Source of the DNA: a virus
Length of the DNA stretch: 64,000 bases
Reading direction: 5' to 3' (one strand)
Virus genome (UHGV): UHGV-0037395
Part shown: positions 28,200-38,209 of the stretch, piece after piece
Numbering within the stretch: the first letter of the stretch is position 1
Layout of the letters: every line of letters starts with the position of its first letter
Notes under the pieces: generated by a model
The model's input: the letters and a program-made list of their open reading frames with translations, nothing else
Database searches by the model: none
What the model was told of the DNA's origin: nothing
Made by a program: the position numbers and the translations under genes

Positions 28200-30074
28200 T
28201 TATTTAGCTCGAATATCCTGATGTTTCACCCTGCCCATAACCTCATGCTGTTTGCCTGGGTTAAATGGACGAGCACCAGGATTTCCAAGATACCCACAAA
28301 CTCGACGAGTTACTTCAAGAGTTTCGGGGTCATGATTACCACAGATAGGGCACTTAAATCCATCTTCGGATGCTATTGTTTCACCTAAGAATCCACATTT
28401 ACCACAAGAATCCACTGGAGTATTAATACCGAAGTAATGAACCTTACTAGCAGCATAATTAATAACCCATTCCAGTGCATCTGGGAATCGTTTCATATCC
28501 GGTAATTCTACATAGGAAATGCACCCACCAGAAGCAATAGGAGTAAAGTTAGACTCATAATCAAATTTCACATTGGGAGCAACTTTACGTTCCACATCAA
28601 GGTGGTGAGAGTTAGTGTAGTATCCTTTGGACAGAATATCTTCATGCTCCGGGAAATATTCACGGTCTAGACGACAAAAACGGTCACATAGGGATTCTGA
28701 TGGTGTAGCATACAGGCTATAACCTAACTTAGTTTCTTCCTTCTTCTGATCGACTCTATCCCGCATGTACTGCAATACACGCTGAACAAACTTGATGCAG
28801 GTCTCGGACATCGTGTCTACATCTTTGCCAAACATGAACTGTAGCATTTCATGGCAACCAATATACCCTAGAGATACAGAAGCACGGTTATAGAAATGAT
28901 CGAATACATATTCATCAGGCTCCAAGCGCAGTCCAAAGGCTCCTGACATATAGAGGATGGGCGCAGCTTTAGCTTGAATGTATTTTAAGCGATCAACTCT
29001 CCACTCCAATGCTTTTAACGCTGTATCCACACGTAGCTCAAGTAAATCAAAGAATAGGTCAATATTTCCTTCAGCTTCGATAGCAATTCTAGGCAAGTTT
29101 ACAGAAACAACACCTAAGTTATTACGACCGGCAGTTTCACCATCTTCTGTAGCAGCTAGGAATGAACGACAGCCCATAGAAACTTTATAGTCTCCAGTAA
29201 CTTCCACAACCTTATCATAGCTGATATAATCTGGGTACATACGTTCAGCAGTACATTTCATAGCTAACTTCTTGATGTCATAATTAACATCCCCTGGTTT
29301 CATATTTACGCCATCACGAAGTACAAATACCAGTTTCGGGAAGATAGCTGTACGTTTATTGATACCTAAACCATCCATGCGTACTTTCAATATTGCTTTC
29401 TGTACTAGACGTGCTTCCCAAGAAGTTCCTAGACCAAAACCAAAGGTAATAAATGGACTCTGACCATTAGAGTTGAACATGGTATTGATTTCATATTCTA
29501 AACCCTGACAAGCGTCATAGACTTCTTTTTCAGTCATCTCCGTAGCCATTACTGATGCTTTGGCTTCATCCTTAGTCCAACGTTTTGCAAACGCATGATT
29601 TTTGTCATAGGATTTACGAACATAAGGAGCTAATACTTCATCAAGGCGATCCACGGAAGTGCCACCATACTGATGGGAGCTAACTTGAGTGATAATCTGA
29701 GCAGTAATAGCCGCTGCAGTAGTGATAGAGTTTGGAGTGCTAATTTCAGCATTACCAACCTTCATACCATTCTTCAACATATCTTCCAGAGCTACCAGAC
29801 AACAGTTAGTCATGCCTAATGCAGCATAATCAGCATCATGGAAATGAATATCCCCAATCATATGAGCATTTCGAATCTGAATTGGCATTTCTTCTAGAAT
29901 CAGATACTTACTCAATTCACCTGCAAGCATATCCCTCTGTGTAGGGAAACGTTCTGAGGGTTTATTGGCATTATTAAACAGCAGCTCTTCATCTGCTGAC
30001 CCTTCGATAATCTCTTTGCAGTTTCTAATTAACGCCTGCATTTCTTTATACTTTAGTTCTTCATTGCGATTCAT
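28200..30074 (-). CDS. nrdD: anaerobic ribonucleoside-triphosphate reductase (class III)
   Basis: 624 aa. C-terminal glycyl-radical motif TRRVCGYLG plus a CPICG zinc ribbon. Class III RNR signatures. Confidence 0.95.
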   Translation of the reverse strand: MNRNEELKYKEMQALIRNCKEIIEGSADEELLFNNANKPSERFPTQRDMLAGELSKYLILEEMPIQIRNAHMIGDIHFHDADYAALGMTNCCLVALEDMLKNGMKVGNAEISTPNSITTAAAITAQIITQVSSHQYGGTSVDRLDEVLAPYVRKSYDKNHAFAKRWTKDEAKASVMATEMTEKEVYDACQGLEYEINTMFNSNGQSPFITFGFGLGTSWEARLVQKAILKVRMDGLGINKRTAIFPKLVFVLRDGVNMKPGDVNYDIKKLAMKCTAERMYPDYISYDKVVEVTGDYKVSMGCRSFLAATEDGETAGRNNLGVVSVNLPRIAIEAEGNIDLFFDLLELRVDTALKALEWRVDRLKYIQAKAAPILYMSGAFGLRLEPDEYVFDHFYNRASVSLGYIGCHEMLQFMFGKDVDTMSETCIKFVQRVLQYMRDRVDQKKEETKLGYSLYATPSESLCDRFCRLDREYFPEHEDILSKGYYTNSHHLDVERKVAPNVKFDYESNFTPIASGGCISYVELPDMKRFPDALEWVINYAASKVHYFGINTPVDSCGKCGFLGETIASEDGFKCPICGNHDPETLEVTRRVCGYLGNPGARPFNPGKQHEVMGRVKHQDIRAK

Positions 30075-30103
30075 TATACTCTCCTTCTCTAACTAAGACT
30101 ACT

Positions 30104-30132
30104 ATTATAACTCATTCGAGGGCGGATGTCAA
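30104..30132 (-). promoter_or_regulatory. promoter for nrdD (TTGACA / 17 / TATAAT)
   Basis: Reverse complement atatTTGACAtccgccctcgaatgagtTATAATag, about 25 nt upstream of the nrdD start. Confidence 0.7.
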
Positions 30133-30201
30133 TATAATTTTTCTCTTAGATATCGTATTTTGATCTGTGCTAAGAAAATTGATCAGAATGTCAAAATTTT
30201 A

Positions 30202-30230
30202 TTGACACCACCATAACTTTTGTATAAGAT
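30202..30230 (+). promoter_or_regulatory. promoter (TTGACA ... TGtATAAGA) for the plus-strand HNH gene
   Basis: Divergent from the nrdD promoter. The -10 is less canonical. Confidence 0.5.
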
Positions 30231-30267
30231 ATACACATAACTTAAGAAATTTGACAAGGAAATAAAA

Positions 30268-30759
30268 ATGAACACTGAAATAACCCAAGACCTACTAAGG
30301 ACCTACTTTGACTATAAAGATGGAGAATTGTTTTATAAACCAACTTATAAAACCCCTGCGGGAAGAATATCCAAAAAAGCAGGTAAATCCGCCAGGCTAA
30401 CTCCGTGTAATGGGTACTATCGTATAAATGTACCAAGAATAGGTGTACAGAAAGAACATAGGATGATTTTCCTATATCATGAAGGATACCTACCAGAAGT
30501 AGTAGATCATATTGATAGGGATAAAGAAAACAATAGGATAGAGAACCTTAGGGCATCTAATCTTCAGGACAACGCTATTAATCGCTCCATAAGTAAAAGT
30601 AACACCTCTGGCATTGTGGGTGTCCATTATGATGAATCGTATGGTAAGTGGGTTGTAACGTACAGGGGTAAGTACTTTGGAAGATTTGATACCAAAGAAG
30701 AAGCTGCCGAAGTTAATGCTAATGTTCGTGCCCTTGATCAAACCCGTATAAATAGTTGA
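30268..30759 (+). CDS. HNH homing endonuclease
   Basis: VDHIDRDKENNRIENLR HNH motif plus an AP2-like C-terminal domain. Confidence 0.8.
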   Translation: MNTEITQDLLRTYFDYKDGELFYKPTYKTPAGRISKKAGKSARLTPCNGYYRINVPRIGVQKEHRMIFLYHEGYLPEVVDHIDRDKENNRIENLRASNLQDNAINRSISKSNTSGIVGVHYDESYGKWVVTYRGKYFGRFDTKEEAAEVNANVRALDQTRINS

Positions 30760-30842
30760 TTATCTAGTATCACACATCTCCCGTTAAAAGCAAGCAAATT
30801 TTTTATTTAAATGCAATATCATAGGCTTATTTAAAATTGTAG

Positions 30843-30871
30843 TTGCTTTTTACTGTATATATTGGTATAAT
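30843..30871 (+). promoter_or_regulatory. early promoter (TTGCTT / 17 / TATAAT)
   Basis: gtagTTGCTTtttactgtatatattggTATAATat. Confidence 0.75.
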
Positions 30872-30944
30872 ATATTTGTAAGTTGATAAACAAGATCTTT
30901 TTGTTGATCCTCTGTTAGCGAAGTACACTATAGGAGTGTTATTT

Positions 30945-31697
30945 ATGGGAAAAGCACGTCAAAAAAGAGAGAACCGCAATGGTTCAAGAAAGCGTGGCAA
31001 CAAATATGAGAATAACGTAATTCAGGCTGATTTTTCTAATGATTACGCTAACCCAGTTGCTAAATCCCTAGTAGGTAAAAACCGCGAGCAAAAATCATAT
31101 ATCAATATGATCAAGAACAACACAGTGACTGTGGGTATCGGTGAGCCAGGTACTGGTAAAACCTTTATTCCGTCCGTTCTTGCAGCTCAGGAACTCGTAG
31201 ACATTCACTCAGATATTGAGCAAGTGATCCTCGTACGTCCTAATGAACCTCTAGGTAAGTCTCTTGGTATGCTTCCTGGTGATCTAGCGGAAAAGCTAGA
31301 GCCTTGGTTGGAGCCAATAGCTGATGGTATGAAATGGGCCATCGGCGATCATGCATATAAAGGATATGTCGAACGTCAGAAAATTAAATTTTTGGCTGTC
31401 GAACATGCTCGTGGCAGAACTTTCAACAACTCCTATGTAATTGTCGATGAAGCTCAGAATATTTCCGTTGAGGCAATGATTTGTATCCTAACTCGTGTAG
31501 GACAAGACTGCCGCTTAATTATCTGCGGAGATATAGCTCAGAAAGACATTAAAGGTGACTCAGGTCTAGCACTCCTTATGGAAGTATATGAGAAATACGA
31601 AAATGCCCCATTCTCAATGATTGAATTGATTGATAACGTTCGTTCTGTTGAGTCTAAAGCATTCTATGATATTTTCAAAGACATGGGGAAGGTGTAA
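30945..31697 (+). CDS. phoH: PhoH-like ATPase
   Basis: Walker A GEPGTGKT, PhoH family signature. Start at the ATG after TAGGAG. Confidence 0.9.
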   Translation: MGKARQKRENRNGSRKRGNKYENNVIQADFSNDYANPVAKSLVGKNREQKSYINMIKNNTVTVGIGEPGTGKTFIPSVLAAQELVDIHSDIEQVILVRPNEPLGKSLGMLPGDLAEKLEPWLEPIADGMKWAIGDHAYKGYVERQKIKFLAVEHARGRTFNNSYVIVDEAQNISVEAMICILTRVGQDCRLIICGDIAQKDIKGDSGLALLMEVYEKYENAPFSMIELIDNVRSVESKAFYDIFKDMGKV

Positions 31698-31698
31698 T

Positions 31699-31920
31699 AT
31701 GGGAAACGTCGTTCATCTGAGCCGTAAAACTAAAATACATCGTACTTCACTGAGTGCTGCTAATATGATTACACGTAAGGAAGGGGAAGAAAGTCCTAGG
31801 ACAACCCTAGCGTGGAAAATTGTAACCTCAAATCCAAATAAACCATTCAATTATAACGAGCTGAGCACCTCCATAGATATTCTATTAAAAGAAGTAGCTA
31901 GAGCTAAAGTAATTGAATAA
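31699..31920 (+). CDS. hypothetical protein
   Basis: ATG two nt after the phoH stop. 73 aa. Confidence 0.45.
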   Translation: MGNVVHLSRKTKIHRTSLSAANMITRKEGEESPRTTLAWKIVTSNPNKPFNYNELSTSIDILLKEVARAKVIE

Positions 31921-32062
31921 GCTAAAAAGCTAGACTGGTAATATACAGGGCCTGGGTATGAAAATACTCGGGCCTTTTCTATCAGAAAATTTTATTTGCC
32001 TAATGACCAATAATAAAGTAGAATATTCCTTAAATCCTGATAACTATAAAAAGGAAAACCAA

Positions 32063-34393
32063 ATGAGCCATCGCATTGAAAAAGTAATTAAACGTGACGG
32101 TACTATAGAAGACTTTGCTCCTGAAAAAATCAATGGTTGGGCAGAGTATGGTTGCAAAACAGTTGATGTAAGTTGGTCCGCCATTACTATGGCTGCTCAA
32201 AAAACTCTACCTAAAGGGGTTGTAGATTCCGACACTCTGATGGACGCATTAATTAAAGCTGCTGAAAGTCTTATCAAAGATAACCCAGCATACGATGTGC
32301 CAGCAAAGGAATTACGTCTTGCGCAAATGCGTAAACGCCTTTATGACTCTTTCGAACCACCTTCTCTGCGCTTCTTCCATGATCATATGGTTAGCGTAGG
32401 TGCATGGGAAGACATGAGTGCATGGATTACCGATGAGCAATTTGAAGCTCTGAATCAGGTTATCGATCATGATCGTGACCGTCTTTTTACTAGTGGTGGA
32501 CTGAAGCAGTTCTTTGATAAGTATTCCCGTCGTAATATAGCCACTGGTGAAATTTATGAAACCCCGCAATTCGCCTACATGGGTATGGCAATGGCGATGC
32601 TATCTCAACCTAACTGGACAATTCTAGATGCAATCGACCTCTACAACGCAATGTCGCTCCACAAAATCAACGTTCCTACGCCGCCATTGGTTGGTCTGCG
32701 CTCTAGTGACCGTGGATTTGCTAGTTGCTGCCTCGTGGATTCCACTGACACGTTGGATTCAATCGACACCGCCGAGCACATCGTCTTCAAAATGGTCGCA
32801 GCCAGAGCGGGAATCGGGTATCATCTTGAAAGCCGATCAATTGCTGATCCGGTGCGAAATGGGGCATTCCCGCATTCCGGAAAACTGCCATATTATCGAC
32901 ACATTGACCGCTCAGTAAAGGCTAATACTCAGCAAACTCGTGGTGGTTCTGCTACAGTGTCTTATCCATACTTCGACCCTGAAATCATTCAATTGATGCA
33001 GGTTAAGCAACAACGTGCTACAGATGAGAATAAAATCGATAAGATGGATTATTCTCTGAGCTTTAACAATCTTTTGTTAAAACGTTATCTTAAAAACGAA
33101 GATATTACGCTAATGTCATACTTCTATGCTCCAGAAGTTCATGAAGCGTTTTATAGTGATGACGAGGCTAAATTTGAAGAAATCTACGTGGCAGCGGAGA
33201 AACGTGTGGCATCTCTTACAAAGATCGACCACGAAGGAAAAACAGTTCCAGCAGCTCCTAAAGTCTCTGCAAAAGAAATCCTAGATACTTGGCTACGTAT
33301 CCGAATGGAAACAGGACGTATGTATGCTCATCACATCGGGGAATCTAATCGTCACGGTAACTTCCTTGATCCGATCCGTATGACAAACCTTTGTGTTGAA
33401 ATTACTCAGCCTACCCGCCCGTTCCATCACATTACAGAGCTGTACAAGACAAAAGAGCAGCTTGATCAGATGAAGCCGGAGGATATTGGTGAAGTATCCC
33501 TGTGTAACTTAGGTGGTGTTGTACTTGGACGCATGGAATCTCTGGCTGAGTGGGAAAAAACTTGCTACATCCTTCTGAAGTTTGTTGATACAATTATTGA
33601 AATTCAGGATTATCCGTTCCCAACTATGGAATATACGGCCAAGAAACGTCGTAATGTTGGTATTGGCCTGATGAACGCAGCGGGTGCAATGGCAGCAGAA
33701 GGTCTGGCTTACGAAGGTATTGAAGCGCGTAACTGGATCCACCGTGAGGCTGAAAAACTGTCTTACTTCCTGCATAAAGCCTCTGTACGCCTGGCTAAAG
33801 AACAGGGTGCATGTGAGTGGTTTGATCGTACTAAACCATCTAAAGGAATTCTGGTAATCGATACGTACAAGAAAACTGTTGATGAACTGGTATCCGTAGG
33901 TCTAGAAATGGATTGGGAGTCTCTACGTGCAGATATTCTGAAATATGGTATGCGTAACTCTGTTCTGACGGCTCAGATGCCGGGAGAAAGTTCTTCTGTT
34001 CTGTTAGGTGTTACTAACTCTATTGAACCGCCTCGTAAGATTGTATCTATCAAGGGTAGTGCAGTAAATAAAGTAATTGCAATTGCTCCAGGTGCAATCG
34101 ATTGGGAAACGTTGATGAGCTATAAGCTGGCTTATGATGTAGATCGTATCGAGTGGATCAAATGGGTAGCAACTATGCAGAAATTCTTCAGTCAGTCTAT
34201 CAGTACGAATATGTACTATGACTACACCAAGTTTGAGAATGAAATTATTCCTGGCCCAGTAGTAGTTCGTGATTTCATGACTGCTGTTAAGTATGGGTGG
34301 AAAACTTGGTATTATGCTAACTTCAATACCGCAAATGGTGGAGGTGCTGGAGAAGAAGCAGCCGGTTGTGCATCAGGCGGTTGTACTATTTAA
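32063..34393 (+). CDS. nrdA: ribonucleoside-diphosphate reductase large subunit
   Basis: ATP-cone at the N-terminus, class I RNR catalytic core, C-terminal CxxGGC-like tail. Start at MSHRIEK. Confidence 0.95.
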   Translation: MSHRIEKVIKRDGTIEDFAPEKINGWAEYGCKTVDVSWSAITMAAQKTLPKGVVDSDTLMDALIKAAESLIKDNPAYDVPAKELRLAQMRKRLYDSFEPPSLRFFHDHMVSVGAWEDMSAWITDEQFEALNQVIDHDRDRLFTSGGLKQFFDKYSRRNIATGEIYETPQFAYMGMAMAMLSQPNWTILDAIDLYNAMSLHKINVPTPPLVGLRSSDRGFASCCLVDSTDTLDSIDTAEHIVFKMVAARAGIGYHLESRSIADPVRNGAFPHSGKLPYYRHIDRSVKANTQQTRGGSATVSYPYFDPEIIQLMQVKQQRATDENKIDKMDYSLSFNNLLLKRYLKNEDITLMSYFYAPEVHEAFYSDDEAKFEEIYVAAEKRVASLTKIDHEGKTVPAAPKVSAKEILDTWLRIRMETGRMYAHHIGESNRHGNFLDPIRMTNLCVEITQPTRPFHHITELYKTKEQLDQMKPEDIGEVSLCNLGGVVLGRMESLAEWEKTCYILLKFVDTIIEIQDYPFPTMEYTAKKRRNVGIGLMNAAGAMAAEGLAYEGIEARNWIHREAEKLSYFLHKASVRLAKEQGACEWFDRTKPSKGILVIDTYKKTVDELVSVGLEMDWESLRADILKYGMRNSVLTAQMPGESSSVLLGVTNSIEPPRKIVSIKGSAVNKVIAIAPGAIDWETLMSYKLAYDVDRIEWIKWVATMQKFFSQSISTNMYYDYTKFENEIIPGPVVVRDFMTAVKYGWKTWYYANFNTANGGGAGEEAAGCASGGCTI

Positions 34394-34400
34394 TAAAAAC

Positions 34401-34432
34401 AAGGAGATCTTCGGGTCTCCTTTTTCTTTGAA
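34401..34432 (+). terminator. terminator after nrdA
   Basis: ggagatc ttcg ggtctcc hairpin plus TTTTTCTTT. Confidence 0.75.
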
Positions 34433-34439
34433 ATTTTAC

Positions 34440-34468
34440 TTGCTAATCGCTACCAGATTTGCTATAAT
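34440..34468 (+). promoter_or_regulatory. early promoter (TTGCTA / 17 / TATAAT)
   Basis: tacTTGCTAatcgctaccagatttgcTATAATatt. Confidence 0.75.
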
Positions 34469-34499
34469 ATTCCTGAAATAGTGAGAAAGAGGAAAATCA

Positions 34500-35645
34500 A
34501 TGACTACTTTACTAAACCTGAATTGGGATCATACTAACGCTGACCTTTTCCTGGGAGATTCTCTCGGTATCGCAGATTATGTACGTGTAGCACATCCAGA
34601 ACTAGAACGTCTGGCACTTCTGCAACGCTCTCAATTTTGGACTGAAACTGAAATCAGTCTGGAAGCAGATAAGAAACAATGGCCTAATCTCCCGCGTGAA
34701 ATTCAGGAAATTACACTCCTGAACTTAGCATGGCAGACCCAAACAGATTCCTTTATCAGTCGTGCCCCTGAAGCAGCTATTATGCCACTTGTAAGTCGCC
34801 CAGAATTGGAAGGTATGCTCAAGCAGTGGAGCTACTTCGAAGATCTGCATAGCCGTGCTTATAGTAACATTATTCGTAATGTGCTGACTGATCCAGCAGA
34901 ATTTATTGATTCTGTAACCAAAAACCAGGAAGCATTCGCACGAATCGCTGATTCTGTTGAGCTATTTGATGAGCTATATCAGTTAGGTCAGTATTTCATC
35001 GCAGTACGTGATCATCGTGGTGACAATACATATCCAGAAACTGAGTTCCCTGAAGTTAAACGTGAAACTCAGGCTAAACTATTAGACGCTTACTTTGCGA
35101 TCTATGGTCTGGAAGCAATGCAGTTTTACGCATCCTTTGCATGTACCTTTGCATTAGCAGAGAACGATATTCTGCAGGGTATTGCTAAAAATCTGCAATT
35201 AATCGCTAAAGATGAAGCTCTGCACACTCAGATGTCCAAAGCAATCATCCAGATTATGTTCCAGCAGTTTGACAAAGATCTGGTGGATGAAGCAGTGGCT
35301 AAAGCACCAGCACAGCTCCTGAAAACTCTGAAAACTGAAATTGAATGGGGTCATTTCATTTTCAAAGGTCGTAGTCTGATTGGCTTGAATGCAGAACTTC
35401 TAGAAGAATATCTGTACTTTGTGGGGCGTAATGCATTTATGCACATCGGTGTAGAATGGCCTAGTCATTTACCAGTAATCACCAAGAACCCCATTCCGTG
35501 GATCATGAACTGGCTGGATACCACTTCTTTACAGCCTGCTCCACAAGAAATCCAGATTGGTGCAGCATATCGTGTAGGTCAAGTCACCGAAACCTCTACT
35601 GATACTCTGAAAGATCTGGGTAATGAATTTGGAGATTTCTTATGA
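34500..35645 (+). CDS. nrdB: ribonucleoside-diphosphate reductase small subunit
   Basis: Di-iron ligand motifs (E..H, FACTFALAE), tyrosyl-radical region. Confidence 0.95.
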   Translation: MTTLLNLNWDHTNADLFLGDSLGIADYVRVAHPELERLALLQRSQFWTETEISLEADKKQWPNLPREIQEITLLNLAWQTQTDSFISRAPEAAIMPLVSRPELEGMLKQWSYFEDLHSRAYSNIIRNVLTDPAEFIDSVTKNQEAFARIADSVELFDELYQLGQYFIAVRDHRGDNTYPETEFPEVKRETQAKLLDAYFAIYGLEAMQFYASFACTFALAENDILQGIAKNLQLIAKDEALHTQMSKAIIQIMFQQFDKDLVDEAVAKAPAQLLKTLKTEIEWGHFIFKGRSLIGLNAELLEEYLYFVGRNAFMHIGVEWPSHLPVITKNPIPWIMNWLDTTSLQPAPQEIQIGAAYRVGQVTETSTDTLKDLGNEFGDFL

Positions 35646-36175
35646 TTACAGCAATGTATGCAGTTGGGCCGAATGGGGAGTTCGGCCTCCGCGGTAAACT
35701 TCCATGGGGTTCCTTCAAAGAAGAACTAGATGCTTTCTATTCTCAACTGGACGTGTTGAATCCGGATAACATCATCATTGGTGCTGGTACTTATTTAGCT
35801 CTTCCATACGCCGTTAGGGAACGTATGATTGGAGCTTCTGACCTATTTATTCGTGCTGATCGTCCACTGCCAGACGATATTACGCATGATATTTACACCA
35901 CAATTTCTAAGATTGGGGATACATTGCCTACATTCTTAAAAGATCAACAGACAGTGGTTTTAGGTGGCGCAACATTACTGTATGAAATGTATATTCATGG
36001 ACATATTGAAAGTGCTTTTGTATCCACAATCTTTAGTAATCAAAAACTAGAGGCAGATGTACATCTGGATAATACGATTCTAGATTACAATTATGAATCT
36101 ACTCGTTTAGTTTACGCAACTGGCGCAAACAGTGATAACAGCCTGCGATTTGTACAGGAATTGGTTACTTATTAA
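35642..36175 (+). CDS. frd: dihydrofolate reductase
   Basis: DHFR N-terminal motif MYAVGPNGEFG..KLPW. Translationally coupled (ATGA) to nrdB and thyA. Confidence 0.8.
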   Translation: MITAMYAVGPNGEFGLRGKLPWGSFKEELDAFYSQLDVLNPDNIIIGAGTYLALPYAVRERMIGASDLFIRADRPLPDDITHDIYTTISKIGDTLPTFLKDQQTVVLGGATLLYEMYIHGHIESAFVSTIFSNQKLEADVHLDNTILDYNYESTRLVYATGANSDNSLRFVQELVTY

Positions 36176-37014
36176 TGCAACAATATTTAAAAATTCTAAC
36201 AGATGTAATTCTACTAGGCGAACCACGTAACGATCGTACAGGAACAGGCACAGTTTCAATTTTTGATTCCTATGCTAAGTTCGATCTACGTGAGGGGTTC
36301 CCTGCCGTAACCACTAAACGTCTAGCTTGGAAATCGGTAGTTGGAGAACTCTTATGGTTTTTATCTGGATCTACAAATCTCCATGATCTGCGAGTATTCA
36401 CATTTGGGCGTGACGAAGGACAGTGGACTATCTGGACTCCAAATTATGAAGACCAAGCCATAAGCATGGGTTATGACAGGGGTAATCTGGGACCAGTATA
36501 TGGTAAACAATGGCGCAACTTTGGTGGACGAGATCAGATCACAGAACTCATTGAGGGTCTCAAGAATAATCCACATGGTCGTAGACACCTAGTATCTGCA
36601 TGGAACGTTGCCGAACTAGATAAGATGGCACTACCACCATGTCACTATGGTTTCCAGTGTTACGTAAGTAATGATGGATACTTAGATCTTAAATGGACAC
36701 AACGTTCTGTAGACTGTTTTCTAGGCCTACCTTTCAATATTGCTAGTTATGCTTTATTAACACATATCCTGGCAAAACTGACTGGGCTAAAACCTCGTTA
36801 TCTCATCTTTAGTGGTGGAGATACACACATTTACAGTGATCATATAGAGCAAGTAGAGGAGCAACTGAAACGTAAACCACGTCCTCTGCCAACTCTAGTA
36901 ATGCCAGAATTTGTAGACCTTTATGATTTATTAGAGAATAATACTGCGGCTTGGTCCTTCCAGCTTGAAGGATATGATCCGCATCTAGCTCTTAAAGCTA
37001 AAATGTCTTCTTAG
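36175..37014 (+). CDS. thyA: thymidylate synthase
   Basis: Active-site PPCH..FQCYV, ThyA family throughout. Confidence 0.95.
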   Translation: MQQYLKILTDVILLGEPRNDRTGTGTVSIFDSYAKFDLREGFPAVTTKRLAWKSVVGELLWFLSGSTNLHDLRVFTFGRDEGQWTIWTPNYEDQAISMGYDRGNLGPVYGKQWRNFGGRDQITELIEGLKNNPHGRRHLVSAWNVAELDKMALPPCHYGFQCYVSNDGYLDLKWTQRSVDCFLGLPFNIASYALLTHILAKLTGLKPRYLIFSGGDTHIYSDHIEQVEEQLKRKPRPLPTLVMPEFVDLYDLLENNTAAWSFQLEGYDPHLALKAKMSS

Positions 37015-37020
37015 TTTAAA

Positions 37021-37046
37021 TAGCCCTTCGGGGCTATTATATTTAA
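37021..37046 (+). terminator. terminator after thyA
   Basis: tagccc ttcg gggcta plus T-rich run. Confidence 0.7.
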
Positions 37047-37053
37047 ATTTCAT

Positions 37054-37082
37054 TTGCTTATTTAGTGAAATTTAAATATAAT
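37054..37082 (+). promoter_or_regulatory. early promoter (TTGCTT / 17 / TATAAT)
   Basis: catTTGCTTatttagtgaaatttaaaTATAAT. Confidence 0.75.
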
Positions 37083-37108
37083 ATATTTTATAAATTGGAG
37101 ATACACAT

Positions 37109-37372
37109 ATGGGACTCTTTAGAAAGAAAATTTATTTAACAGAAAGGCAAGAACACAAACTTCTTACTCTATCAGAATACTATCATTTACCTTATGACTA
37201 CTTTGTAGATAGAGCAATAGAGGAATTCTTGGATAGGGAATTAGAGGTTATAAAACCTAAGCCTCCTGAGCCGTCTTTAGCATCAAATGGTCCACAAAGA
37301 GAGTACCCAAGAGTTCCACCAATGCCTCCTACTCCGCCAAAAACTAGAGTTGTAACAGAAGGTGAAAAATAA
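37109..37372 (+). CDS. hypothetical protein (Pro-rich C-terminus)
   Basis: 87-aa ORF with GGAG SD. Confidence 0.45.
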   Translation: MGLFRKKIYLTERQEHKLLTLSEYYHLPYDYFVDRAIEEFLDRELEVIKPKPPEPSLASNGPQREYPRVPPMPPTPPKTRVVTEGEK

Positions 37373-37848
37373 TGTCGGTTTTCCACATTTACACAGATGG
37401 TGCTTGTAAGTCTAACCCAGGTCCAGGTGCTTGGGGTTTTATTGTCTATGATGATAACGACGATCGTTTAGGTTCTAAATCTGGTTATAATCCTAAAACT
37501 ACAAATAATGAGATGGAACTCACAGCTATTGTAGAAGCTCTACGTTGGTCTGTTAAAAAAGATAATAGACCAATTGCTATCTATACTGACTCTGCTTATT
37601 GCAAAAATGGTATGGAAAGTTGGATGTTTTCTTGGCAAAGGAAAGGTTGGAAGAAAGCAGATGGTGAAGTTCCTCTTAATCTAGAACTTTGGCAGGAAGC
37701 ATTTAAATTAACACAGCAATATATTAACTTTCATAATACTAACCCTACCTTTATTAAGGTTAAAGGACATTCTGGTATTAGTGGTAATGAAGCTGTAGAT
37801 GCATTATGTAACACAGTTATTACTGAAGCTGAAATGGCTGAGATGTGA
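37372..37848 (+). CDS. rnh: ribonuclease H (RNase HI)
   Basis: YTDGAC..NPGPGAWG...TNNEMEL...DS catalytic residues of RNase HI. Confidence 0.9.
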   Translation: MSVFHIYTDGACKSNPGPGAWGFIVYDDNDDRLGSKSGYNPKTTNNEMELTAIVEALRWSVKKDNRPIAIYTDSAYCKNGMESWMFSWQRKGWKKADGEVPLNLELWQEAFKLTQQYINFHNTNPTFIKVKGHSGISGNEAVDALCNTVITEAEMAEM

Positions 37849-37868
37849 TAAATAAATTAAAAATTTTC

Positions 37869-37897
37869 TTGCTTAAAGCCCTCTAATTTAGTATAAT
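37869..37897 (+). promoter_or_regulatory. early promoter (TTGCTT / 17 / TATAAT)
   Basis: ttcTTGCTTaaagccctctaatttagTATAAT. Confidence 0.75.
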
Positions 37898-37924
37898 ATT
37901 CGTATTGAAAGTGAGGAGGGCTTT

Positions 37925-38209
37925 ATGCGTATTTATAACTCAAATTCACTAGGATTTAAACCATTGAGAAAACGTGCACAATCACCTCGTCAAATAAGAA
38001 AGGCTAATATTGGTGAGCCAGAAACACGTCTTCCACCCCCTCCAGAACAACGTTTAGTTTATCTGGACGAAGAATTAGCTGAACGCGAAAGAAAAGCTCA
38101 AGAAGAGATTGAGCGTAAGAAAATGTGTACTGCTCCGGCCTACTCCAAAGGGGCTTATCAGTATATCTATACAGCCGAGGAGGCTAAAGATGTGGGGCGT
38201 AAAAAATGA
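37925..38209 (+). CDS. hypothetical protein
   Basis: 94-aa ORF. SD GAGGAGGG. Confidence 0.45.
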   Translation: MRIYNSNSLGFKPLRKRAQSPRQIRKANIGEPETRLPPPPEQRLVYLDEELAERERKAQEEIERKKMCTAPAYSKGAYQYIYTAEEAKDVGRKK

